Source: Camelus dromedarius (lineage: Eukaryota). From it: DNA of 64,000 nucleotides. Where the stretch lies: contig NC_087436.1 of assembly GCF_036321535.1 (NCBI RefSeq), forward strand, positions 3,472,001 through 3,536,000, given 5' to 3'. Made by a program: the position numbers and the translations under genes. Below are positions 27,023 to 39,819 of this stretch, one piece after another; positions within the stretch are counted from its first letter, which is position 1, and every line of letters begins with the position of its first letter. The notes under the pieces were generated by a model. That model had not been told where the DNA came from. It did not search any database and worked only from the letters and a program-made list of their open reading frames with translations.

Positions 27023-30000
27023 ACTACCGGTTTGAAGTTCCTGTACTTTTCACTGTAAAACCGAGTTTGAGCTTTTACCTCCCCATATATATGTATGGAG
27101 TGGAGTTTGCAACTGAAAAGAAACTTTGTGTTCCCAACAATATAGGTGAAGGACGGCTTTCACACACATTTATCTCTCAGAACTGAGCATGTGGAGAGAC
27201 GTTCGTTCATCTAGCACAAAGGGAACGGGTTGCTTTAGAAACATTTACTCTGGTTTCTCAGTCTATTTCCTAGTGCCGGTTTGAAGTTCCTGCCGTTTTC
27301 ACAGTAATACCGAGTTGGAGCTACTACCTCCCCATATATATGTATGGATTGGAGTTTGCAACTGAAAAGAAAATTTGTGTTCCCAACAAGCAAGGTGAAG
27401 GACGGCTTTCACACACACTTATCTCTCAGAACTGAGCATGTGGAGAAACTTTCGTTCATCTAGCACAAAGGGAATGGGTTGCAGGAGAAACTAATTCTCT
27501 GGTTTCTCAGACTGTTTCCTAGTGCCGGGTTGAAGTTCCTGCAGTTTTCACTGTAAAACCAAGTTGGAGCTAGTACCTCCCCATATATATGCATGGGGTG
27601 GAGTTTGAAACTGAAAAGAAACTTTGTGTTCCCAACAACCTAGGTGAAGGACGGCTTTCACACACACTTATATTTCAGAACTGAGCATGTGGAGAGACTT
27701 TCGTTCATCTAGCAAAAAGGGAACGTGTTGCAAGAGAAACTTATACTCTGGATTCTCAGTCTGTTTCCTAGGGCCGGTTTGAAGTTCCTGCAGTTTTCAC
27801 TGTAAAATCGAGATGGAGCTAGTACCTCCCCATATATATGTATGGAGTGGAGTTTGCAACTGAAAAGATACTTTGTGTTCCCAACAAGCTAGGTGAAGGA
27901 CGGCTTTCACACACACTTATCTCTCAGAACTGAGCATGAGCAGAGACGTTCGTACATCTAGCAGAAATGGAACGGTTTGCAGGAGCAACTTTTACTTTGT
28001 TTTCTCAGTCTGTTTCCTAATGCCGGTTTGATGTTCCTGCAGTTTTCACTGTAAAACCGTGTTGGAGCTAGTACCTCCCCATATATTTGTATGGATTGGA
28101 GTTTGTAACTGAAAAGATACTTTGAGTTCCCAGCAAGCTAGGTGAAGGATGGCTTTCACACACACTTATCTCTCAGAACTGAGCATGTGGAGAGACGTTC
28201 GTTCATCTAGCACAAAGGGAACGGGTTGCAGGAGAAACTTTTACTCTGGTTTCTCAGTCTGTTTACTAGTGCCGGTTTAAAGTTCCTGCAGTTTTCACTG
28301 TAAAACCGAGTTGGAACTAGTACCTCCACATATATATGTATGGAGTGGAGTTTTCAACTGAAAAGAAACTTTGTGTTCCCAACAATCTAGGTGAAGGACT
28401 GCATTCACTCCCACTTATCTCTCAGAACTGAGCATGTGGAGAGGCGTTCGTTCATCTAGCAAAAATGGAACGGGTTGCAGGAGAAACTTTTACTCTGGTT
28501 TCTCAGTCTGTTTCCTAGGGCCAGTTTGAAGTTCCTGCAGTTTTCACTGTAAAACAGATTTGGAGCTAGTACCTCCCCATATATATGTAAGGAGTGGAGT
28601 TTGCAACTGGAAAGAAACTTTGTGTTTCCAACAAGCTAGGTGAATGACGGCTTTCACACTCACTTATCTCTCAGAACTGAGCATGTGGAGAAACGTTCGT
28701 TCATCCAGCAAAAATGGAACGGGTTGCAGGAGAAACTTTTACTCTGGTTTCTCAGTATGTTTCCTAGTGCCGTTTTCAAGTTCCTGCAGTTTTCACTGTA
28801 AAACCGAGTTGGAGCTTGTACCTCCCCATATATATGTATGGGGTGGAGTTTGCAACTGAAAAGAAACTTTGTGTTCCCAACAAGCTAGGTGAAGGACGGC
28901 TTTCACACACACTTATCTCTCAGAACTGAGCATGTGCAGAGACTTTCGTACATCTAGCAGAAAGGGAACGGTTTGCAGGAGAAACTTTTACTTTGGTTTC
29001 TCAGGCTGTTTCGTAGTGCAGGTTTGATGTTCCTGCAGTTTTCACTGTAAAACCGAGTTGGAGCAAGTACCTCCCCATATATATGTATGGATTGGGGTTT
29101 GCAAATGAAAAGAAACTTTGTGTTCCCAACAAGCTAGGTGAAGGACGGCATTCACACACACTATCTCTCAGAACAGAGCATGTGGAGAGACGTTCGTTCA
29201 TCTAGCAAAAAGGGAACGAGTTGCAGGAGAAACTTTTACTCTGGTTTCTCAGTCTGTTTCCTAGTGCCGATTTCAAGTTCCTGCAGTTTTCACAGTAAAA
29301 CCGAGTTGAAGCTTGTACCTCCCCATATATATGTATGGAGTGGAGTTTGGAACTTAAAGAAACTTTGTGTTCCCAACAAGCTAGGTGAAAAACGGCTTTC
29401 ACACACATTTATCTCTCAGAACTGAGCATGTGGAGAGAAGTTCGTTCATCTAGCACAATGGGAACGGGTTGCAGGAGAAACTTTTACTGTGGTTTCTCAG
29501 TCTGTTTCCTACTACCGGTTTGAAGTTCCTGTACTTTTCACTGTAAAACCGAGTTTGAGCTTTTACCTCCCCATATATATGTATGGAGTGGAGTTTGCAA
29601 CTGAAAAGAAACTTTGGGTTCCCAACAATATAGGTGAAGGACGGCTTTCACACACATTTATCTCTCAGAACTGAGCATGTGGAGAGACGTTCGTTCATCT
29701 AGCACAAAGGGAACGGGTTGCTTTAGAAACATTTACTCTGGTTTCTCAGTCTATTTCCTAGTGCCGGTTTGAAGTTCCTGCCGTTTTCACAGTAATACCG
29801 AGTTGGAGCTACTACCTCCCCATATATATGTATGGATTGGAGTTTGCAACTGAAAAGAAAATTTGTGTTCCCAACAAGCAAGGTGAAGGACGGCTTTCAC
29901 ACACACTTATCTCTCAGAACTGAGCATGTGGAGAAACTTTCGTTCATCTAGCACAAAGGGAATGGGTTGCAGGAGAAACTAATTCTCTGGTTTCTCAGAC

Positions 30001-33000
30001 TGTTTCCTAGTGCCGGGTTGAAGTTCCTGCAGTTTTCACTGTAAAACCAAGTTGGAGCTAGTACCTCCCCATATATATGCATGGGGTGGAGTTTGAAACT
30101 GAAAAGAAACTTTGTGTTCCCAACAACCTAGGTGAAGGACGGCTTTCACACACACTTATCTTTCAGAACTGAGCATGTGGAGAGACTTTCGTTCATCTAG
30201 CAAAAAGGGAACGTGTTGCAAGAGAAACTTATACTCTGGATTCTCAGTCTGTTTCCTAGGGCCGGTTTGAAGTTCCTGCAGTTTTCACTGTAAAATCGAG
30301 ATGGAGCTAGTACCTCCCCATATATATGTATGGAGTGGAGTTTTCAACTGAAAAGAAACTTTGTGTTCCCAACAATCTAGGTGAAGGACTGCATTCACTC
30401 CCACTTATCTCTCAGAACTGAGCATGTGGAGAGGCGTTCGTTCATCTAGCAAAAATGGAACGGGTTGCAGGAGAAACTTTTACTCTGGTTTCTCAGTCTG
30501 TTTCCTAGGGCCAGTTTGAAGTTCCTGCAGTTTTCACTGTAAAACAGATTTGGAGCTAGTACCTCCCCATATATATGTAAGGAGTGGAGTTTGCAACTGG
30601 AAAGAAACTTTGTGTTTCCAACAAGCTAGGTGAATGACGGCTTTCACACTCACTTATCTCTCAGAACTGAGCATGTGGAGAAACGTTCGTTCATCCAGCA
30701 AAAATGGAACGGGTTGCAGGAGAAACTTTTACTCTGGTTTCTCAGTATGTTTCCTAGTGCCGTTTTCAAGTTCCTGCAGTTTTCACTGTAAAACCGAGTT
30801 GGAGCTTGTACCTCCCCATATATATGTATGGAGTGGAGTTTGCAACTGAAAAGAAACTTTGTGTTCCCAACAAGCTAGGTGAAGGACGGCTTTCACACAC
30901 ACTTATCTCTCAGAACTGAGCATGTGCAGAGACTTTCGTACATCTAGCAGAAAGGGAACGGTTTGCAGGAGAAACTTTTACTTTGGTTTCTCAGGCTGTT
31001 TCGTAGTGCAGGTTTGATGATCCTGCAGTTTTCACTGTAAAACCGAGTTGGAGCAAGTACCTCCCCATATATATGTATGGATTGGGGTTTGCAAATGAAA
31101 AGAAACTTTGTGTTCCCAACAAGCTAGGTGAAGGACGGCATTCACACACACTATCTCTCAGAACAGAGCATGTGGAGAGACGTTCGTTCATCTAGCAAAA
31201 AGGGAACGAGTTGCAGGAGAAACTTTTACTCTGGTTTCTCAGTCTGTTTCCTAGTGCCGATTTCAAGTTCCTGCAGTTTTCACAGTAAAACCGAGTTGAA
31301 GCTTGTACCTCCCCATATATATGTATGGAGTGGAGTTTGGAACTTAAAGAAACTTTGTGTTCCCAACAAGCTAGGTGAAAAACGGCTTTCACACACATTT
31401 ATCTCTTAGAACTGAGCATGTGGAGAGAAGTTCGTTCATCTAGCACAATGGGAACGGGTTGCAGGAGAAACTTTTACTGTGGTTTCTCAGTCTGTTTCCT
31501 ACTACCGGTTTGAAGTTCCTGTACTTTTCACTGTAAAACCGAGTTTGAGCTTTTACCTCCGAATATATATGTATGGAGTGGAGTTTGCAACTGAAAAGAA
31601 ACTTTGTGTTCCCAACAAGCTAGGTGAAGGACGGCTTTCACACACACTTATCTCTCAGAACTGAGCATGTGCAGAGACTTTCGTACATCTAGCAGAAAGG
31701 GAACGGTTTGCAGGAGAAACTTTTACTTTGGTTTCTCAGGCTGTTTCGTAGTGCAGGTTTGATGTTCCTGCAGTTTTCACTGTAAAACCGAGTTGGAGCA
31801 AGTACCTCCCCATATATATGTATGGATTGGGGTTTGCAAATGAAAAGAAACTTTGTGTTCCCAACAAGCTAGGTGAAGGACGGCTTTCACACACACTATC
31901 TCTCAGAACAGAGCATGTGGAGAGACGTTCGTTCATCTAGCAAAAAGGGAACGAGTTGCAGGAGAAACTTTTACTCTGGTTTCTCAGTCTGTTTCCTAGT
32001 GCCGATTTCAAGTTCCTGCAGTTTTCACAGTAAAACCGAGTTGAAGCTTGTACCTCCCCATATATATGTATGGAGTGGAGTTTGGAACTTAAAGAAACTT
32101 TGTGTTCCCAACAAGCTAGGTGAAAAACGGCTTTCACACACATTTATCTCTCAGAACTGAGCATGTGGAGAGAAGTTCGTTCATCTAGCACAATGGGAAC
32201 GGGTTGCAGGAGAAACTTTTACTGTGGTTTCTCAGTCTGTTTCCTACTACCGGTTTGAAGTTCCTGTACTTTTCACTGTAAAACCGAGTTTGAGCTTTTA
32301 CCTCCCCATATATATGTATGGAGTGGAGTTTGCAACTGAAAAGAAACTTTGTGTTCCCAACAATATAGGTGAAGGACGGCTTTCACACACACTTATCTCT
32401 CAGAACTGAGCATGAGCAGAGACGTTCGTACATCTAGCAGAAATGGAACGGTTTGCAGGAGCAACTTTTACTTTGTTTTCTCAGTCTGTTTCCTAATGCC
32501 GGTTTGATGTTCCTGCAGTTTTCACTGTAAAACCGTGTTGGAGCTAGTACCTCCCCATATATTTGTATGGATTGGAGTTTGTAACTGAAAAGATACTTTG
32601 AGTTCCCAGCAAGCTAGGTGAAGGATGGCTTTCACACACACTTATCTCTCAGAACTGAGCATGTGGAGAGACGTTCGTTCATCTAGCACAAAGGGAACGG
32701 GTTGCAGGAGAAACTTTTACTCTGGTTTCTCAGTCTGTTTACTAGTGCCGGTTTAAAGTTCCTGCAGTTTTCACTGTAAAACCGAGTTGGAACTAGTACC
32801 TCCACATATATATGTATGGAGTGGAGTTTTCAACTGAAAAGAAACTTTGTGTTCCCAACAATCTAGGTGAAGGACTGCATTCACTCCCACTTATCTCTCA
32901 GAACTGAGCATGTGGAGAGGCGTTCGTTCATCTAGCAAAAATGGAACGGGTTGCAGGAGAAACTTTTACTCTGGTTTCTCAGTCTGTTTCCTAGGGCCAG

Positions 33001-36000
33001 TTTGAAGTTCCTGCAGTTTTCACTGTAAAACAGATTTGGAGCTAGTACCTCCCCATATATATGTAAGGAGTGGAGTTTGCAACTGGAAAGAAACTTTGTG
33101 TTTCCAACAAGCTAGGTGAATGACGGCTTTCACACTCACTTATCTCTCAGAACTGAGCATGTGGAGAAACGTTCGTTCATCCAGCAAAAATGGAACGGGT
33201 TGCAGGAGAAACTTTTACTCTGGTTTCTCAGTATGTTTCCTAGTGCCGTTTTCAAGTTCCTGCAGTTTTCACTGTAAAACCGAGTTGGAGCTTGTACCTC
33301 CCCATATATATGTATGGAGTGGAGTTTGCAACTGAAAAGAAACTTTGTGTTCCCAACAAGCTAGGTGAAGGACGGCTTTCACACACACTTATCTCTCAGA
33401 ACTGAGCATGTGCAGAGACTTTCGTACATCTAGCAGAAAGGGAACGGTTTGCAGGAGAAACTTTTACTTTGGTTTCTCAGGCTGTTTCGTAGTGCAGGTT
33501 TGATGTTCCTGCAGTTTTCACTGTAAAACCGAGTTGGAGCAAGTACCTCCCCATATATATGTATGGATTGGGGTTTGCAAATGAAAAGAAACTTTGTGTT
33601 CCCAACAAGCTAGGTGAAGGACGGCTTTCACACACACTTATCTCTCAGAACTGAGCATGTGGAGAGACGTTCGTTCATCTAGCCATAAGGGAACGTTTTG
33701 CAGGAGAAACTTTTCTATGGTTTCTCAGTCTGTTTCCTAGTGCCGGTTAGAAATTCCTGCAGTTTTCAATGTAAAACCGAGTTGGAGCTAGTACTTCTCC
33801 ATATTTATGTATGGAGTGGAGTTTGCAACTGAAAAGAAACTTTGTGTTCCCAACAAGCTAGGTGAAGTGCGGCTTTCACACACACTTGTCTCTCAGAAAT
33901 GAGCATGTGGAGAGACGTTCATTCATCTTGCACAAAGGGAATGGGTTGCAGGAGAAACTTTCTCACTGGATTCTCAGGCTGTTTCCTAGGGCCGGTTGGA
34001 TGTTCCTGCATTTTTCACTGTAAATTCGAGTTGGAGCTAGTATCTCCCCATATATATATATGGAGTGGAATTTGCAACTGAAAAGAAACTTTGTGTTCCC
34101 AACAAGCTAGGTGAAGGACGGCTTTCACACACATTTATCTCTCAGAACTGAGCATGTGGAGAGACGTTCGTTCATCTAGCAAAAAGGGAATGAGTTGCAG
34201 GAGAAACTTTTACTCTGGTTTCTCAGTCTGTTTCCTAGTGCCGATTTCAAGTTCCTGCAGTTTTCACAGTAAAACCGAGTTGAAGCTTGTACCTCCCCAT
34301 ATATATGTATGGAGTGGAGTTTGGAACTTAAAGAAACTTTGTGTTCCCAACAAGCTAGGTGAAAAACGGCTTTCACACACATTTATCTCTCAGAACTGAG
34401 CATGTGGAGAGAAGTTCGTTCATCTAGCACAATGGGAACGGGTTGCAGGAGAAACTTTTACTGTGGTTTCTCAGTCTGTTTCCTACTACCGGTTTGAAGT
34501 TCCTGTACTTTTCACTGTAAAACCGAGTTTGAGCTTTTACCTCCCCATATATATGTATGGAGTGGAGTTTGCAACTGAAAAGAAACTTTGTGTTCCCAAC
34601 AATATAGGTGAAGGACGGCTTTCACACACATTTATCTCTCAGAACTGAGCATGTGGAGAGACGTTCGTTCATCTAGCACAAAGGGAACGGGTTGCTTTAG
34701 AAACATTTACTCTGGTTTCTCAGTCTATTTCCTAGTGCCGGTTTGAAGTTCCTGCCGTTTTCACAGTAATACCGAGTTGGAGCTACTACCTCCCCATATA
34801 TATGTATGGATTGGAGTTTGCAACTGAAAAGAAAATTTGTGTTCCCAACAAGCAAGGTGAAGGACGGCTTTCACACACACTTATCTCTCAGAACTGAGCA
34901 TGTGGAGAAACTTTCGTTCATCTAGCACAAAGGGAATGGGTTGCAGGAGAAACTAATTCTCTGGTTTCTCAGACTGTTTCCTAGTGCCGGGTTGAAGTTC
35001 CTGCAGTTTTCACTGTAAAACCAAGTTGGAGCTAGTACCTCCCCATATATATGCATGGGGTGGAGTTTGAAACTGAAAAGAAACTTTGTGTTCCCAACAA
35101 CCTAGGTGAAGGACGGCTTTCACACACACTTATCTTTCAGAACTGAGCATGTGGAGAGACTTTCGTTCATCTAGCAAAAAGGGAACGTGTTGCAAGAGAA
35201 ACTTATACTCTGGATTCTCAGACTGTTTCCTAGGGCCGGTTTGAAGTTCCTGCAGTTTTCACTGTAAAATCGAGATGGAGCTAGTACCTCCCCATATATA
35301 TGTATGGAGTGGAGTTTGCAACTGAAAAGATACTTTGTGTTCCCAACAAGCTAGGTGAAGGACGGCTTTCACACACACTTATCTCTCAGAACTGAGCATG
35401 AGCAGAGACGTTCGTACATCTAGCAGAAATGGAACGGTTTGCAGGAGCAACTTTTACTTTGTTTTCTCAGTCTGTTTCCTAATGCCGGTTTGATGTTCCT
35501 GCAGTTTTCACTGTAAAACCGTGTTGGAGCTAGTACCTCCCCATATATTTGTATGGATTGGAGTTTGTAACTGAAAAGATACTTTGAGTTCCCAGCAAGC
35601 TAGGTGAAGGATGGCTTTCACACACACTTATCTCTCAGAACTGAGCATGTGGAGAGACGTTCGTTCATCTAGCACAAAGGGAACGGGTTGCAGGAGAAAC
35701 TTTTACTCTGGTTTCTCAGTCTGTTTACTAGTGCCGGTTTAAAGTTCCTGCAGTTTTCACTGTAAAACCGAGTTGGAACTAGTACCTCCACATATATATG
35801 TATGGAGTGGAGTTTTCAACTGAAAAGAAACTTTGTGTTCCCAACAATCTAGGTGAAGGACTGCATTCACTCCCACTTATCTCTCAGAACTGAGCATGTG
35901 GAGAGGCGTTCGTTCATCTAGCAAAAATGGAACGGGTTGCAGGAGAAACTTTTACTCTGGTTTCTCAGTCTGTTTCCTAGGGCCAGTTTGAAGTTCCTGC

Positions 36001-37140
36001 AGTTTTCACTGTAAAACAGATTTGGAGCTAGTACCTCCCCATATATATGTAAGGAGTGGAGTTTGCAACTGGAAAGAAACTTTGTGTTTCCAACAAGCTA
36101 GGTGAATGACGGCTTTCACACTCACTTATCTCTCAGAACTGAGCATGTGGAGAAACGTTCGTTCATCCAGCAAAAATGGAACGGGTTGCAGGAGAAACTT
36201 TTACTCTGGTTTCTCAGTATGTTTCCTAGTGCCGTTTTCAAGTTCCTGCAGTTTTCACTGTAAAACCGAGTTGGAGCTTGTACCTCCCCATATATATGTA
36301 TGGAGTGGAGTTTGCAACTGAAAAGAAACTTTGTGTTCCCAACAAGCTAGGTGAAGGACGGCTTTCACACACACTTATCTCTCAGAACTGAGCATGTGCA
36401 GAGACTTTCGTACATCTAGCAGAAAGGGAACGGTTTGCAGGAGAAACTTTTACTTTGGTTTCTCAGGCTGTTTCGTAGTGCAGGTTTGATGTTCCTGCAG
36501 TTTTCACTGTAAAACCGAGTTGGAGCAAGTACCTCCCCATATATATGTATGGATTGGGGTTTGCAAATGAAAAGAAACTTTGTGTTCCCAACAAGCTAGG
36601 TGAAGGACGGCTTTCACACACACTTATCTCTCAGAACTGAGCATGTGGAGAGACGTTCGTTCATCTAGCCATAAGGGAACGTTTTGCAGGAGAAACTTTT
36701 CTATGGTTTCTCAGTCTGTTTCCTAGTGCCGGTTAGAAATTCCTGCAGTTTTCAATGTAAAACCGAGTTGGAGCTAGTACTTCTCCATATTTATGTATGG
36801 AGTGGAGTTTGCAACTGAAAAGAAACTTTGTGTTCCCAACAAGCTAGGTGAAGTGCGGCTTTCACACACACTTGTCTCTCAGAAATGAGCATGTGGAGAG
36901 ACGTTCATTCATCTTGCACAATGGGAATGGGTTGCAGGAGAAACTTTCTCACTGGATTCTCAGGCTGTTTCCTAGGGCCGGTTGGATGTTCCTGCATTTT
37001 TCACTGTAAATTCGAGTTGGAGCTAGTATCTCCCCATATATATATATGGAGTGGAATTTGCAACTGAAAAGAAACTTTGTGTTCCCAACAAGCTAGGTGA
37101 AGGACGGCTTTCACACACATTTATCTCTCAGAACTGAGCA
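26700..37140. repeat. HOR domain: 12-mer (2986 bp) with 10-, 8-, 3- and 9-mer structural variants
   Basis: Marker GGAACTTAAAG at 26861, 29349, 31339, 32084 and 34323 (spacings 2488, 1990, 745, 2239). ORFs 33120/36106 and 33899/36885 are spaced 2986. Confidence 0.9.
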
Positions 37141-39400
37141 TGTGGAGAGACATTCGTTCATCTAGCTAAAAGGGAACGAGTTGCAGGAGAAACTTTTACT
37201 CTGGTTTCTCAGTCTGTTTCCTAGTGCCGGTTTAAATTTCCTGCAGTTTTCACTGTAAAATCGAGTTGGAGCTAGAAAATCCCCATATATATGTATGGAG
37301 TGGGGTTTGCAAATGAAAAGAAACTTTGTGTTCCCAACAAGCTAGGTGAAGGACGGCTTTTACACACACTTAACTCTCAGAACTGAGCATGTGCAGAGAC
37401 GTTCTTACATCTAGCAGAAAGGGAACGGTTTGCAGGAGAAACTTTTACTTTGTTTTCTCAGTCTGTTTCCTAGTGCCGGTTTGAAGTTCCTGCAGTTTTC
37501 ACTGTAAAACAGTGTTGGAGCTAGTACCTCCCCATATATATGTATGGATTTGAGTTTGCAACTGAAAAGAAACTTTGTGTTCCCAAAAAGCTAGGTGAAG
37601 GACGGCTTTCAAACACACTTATCTCTCAGAACTGAGCATGTGGAGAGACGTTCGTTCATCTAGCAATAAGGAAACGGTTTGCAGGGGAAACTTGTCTATG
37701 GTTTCTCAGTCTGTTTCCTAGTGCCGGTTAGAAATTCCTGCAGTTTTCAATGTAAACCCGAGTTGGAGCTTGTACCTCCCCATATATATATATGGATTGG
37801 AGTTTGCAACTGAAAAGAAACTTGTGTTCCCAACAAGCAAGGTGAAGGACGGCTTTCACACACACTTATCTTTCAGAACTGAGCATGTGGAGAGACGTTC
37901 GTTCATCTAGCAAAAAGGAACGGGTTTCAGGAGAAATTTTTACTCTGGTTTCTCAGTCTGTTTCCTAGTGCCGGTTTAAAGTTCCTGCAGATTTCACTGT
38001 AAAACCGTGTTGGAGAGAGTACCTCCCCATATATATGTATGGAGTTGAGTTTTCAACTGAAAAGAAACTTTGTGTTCACAACAAGCTAGGTGAAGGACGG
38101 CTTTCACACACACTTATCTCTCAGATCTGAGCATGTGGAGAGACGTTCGTTCATCTAGCACAAAGGGAACGGGTTGCAGGAGAAAATTTTACTCTGGATT
38201 CTCAGTCTGTTTCCTAGTGCCGGTTTGAAGTTCCTGCAGTTTTCACTGTAAAACCGATTTGGAGCTAGTACTTCTCCATATTTATGTATGGAGTGGAGAT
38301 TGCAACTGAAAAGAAACTTTGTGTTCCCAACAAGCTAGGTGAAGTGCGGCTTTCACACACACTTGTCTCTCAGAAATGAGCATGTGGAGAGACGTTCATT
38401 CATCTTGCACAAAGGGAATGGGTTGCAGGAGAAAATTTCACTCTGGATTCTCAGTCTGTTTCCTAGGGCCGGTTTGATGTTCCTGCATTTTTCACTGTAA
38501 AATCGAGTTGGAGCTAGTATCTCCCCATATATATATATGGAGTGGAATTTGCAACTGAAAAGAAACTTTGTGTTCCCAACAAGCTAGGTGAAGGACGGCT
38601 TTCACACACATTTATATCTCAGAACTGAGCATGTGGAGAGACGTTCGTTCATCTAGCTAAAAGGGAACGAGTTGCAGGAGAAACTTTTACTCTGGTTTCT
38701 CAGTCTGTTTCCTAGTGCCGGTTTAAATTTCCTGCAGTTTTCACTGTAAAATCGAGTTGGAGCTAGAAAATCCCCATATATATGTATGGAGTGGGGTTTG
38801 CAAATGAAAAGAAACTTTGTGTTCCCAACAAGCTAGGTGAAGGACGGCTTTTACACACACTTAACTCTCAGAACTGAGCATGTGCAGAGACGTTCTTACA
38901 TCTAGCAGAAAGGGAACGGTTTGCAGGAGAAACTTTTACTTTGTTTTCTCAGTCTGTTTCCTAGTGCCGGTTTGAAGTTCCTGCAGTTTTCACTGTAAAA
39001 CAGTGTTGGAGCTAGTACCTCCCCATATATATGTATGGATTTGAGTTTGCAACTGAAAAGAAACTTTGTGTTCCCAAAAAGCTAGGTGAAGGACGGCTTT
39101 CAAACACACTTATCTCTCAGAACTGAGCATGTGGAGAGACGTTCGTTCATCTAGCAATAAGGAAACGGTTTGCAGGGGAAACTTGTCTATGGTTTCTCAG
39201 TCTGTTTCCTAGTGCCGGTTAGAAATTCCTGCAGTTTTCAATGTAAACCCGAGTTGGAGCTTGTACCTCCCCATATATATATATGGATTGGAGTTTGCAA
39301 CTGAAAAGAAACTTGTGTTCCCAACAAGCAAGGTGAAGGACGGCTTTCACACACACTTATCTTTCAGAACTGAGCATGTGGAGAGACGTTCGTTCATCTA
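37140..39400. repeat. 6-monomer period (1491 bp); the first ~3 monomers are repeated before the array switches monomer type
   Basis: TCTAGCTAAA at 37161/38652 and CTTGTCTATGG at 37691/39182; AGAAAATCCC is repeated at the same offset. Confidence 0.85.
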
Positions 39401-39819
39401 GCAAAAATGGAACGGGTTGCAGGAGAAACTTTTACTCTGGTTTCTCAGTCTGTTTCCTAGGGCCAGTTTGAACTTCCTGCAGTTTTCACTGTAAAACCGA
39501 GTTGGAGCTAGTACCTCCCCATATATATGTATGGATTGGAGTTTGCAACTGGAAAGAAACTTTGTGTTCCCAACAAGCTAGATGAAGGACGGCTTTCACA
39601 CACACTTATCCCTCAGAAATGAGCATGTGTAGAGACGTTCATTCATCTAGCACAAACGGAACGGGTTGCAGGAGAAACTTTTACTCTGGTTTCTCTGTCT
39701 GTTTACTAGTGCCGTTTTGAATTTCCTGCAGTGTTCACTGTGAAACCGAGTTGGAGTTAGTACCTCCCCATATATATGTATGAAGTGGAGTTTGCAACAG
39801 AAAAGAAACTATGTGTTCC

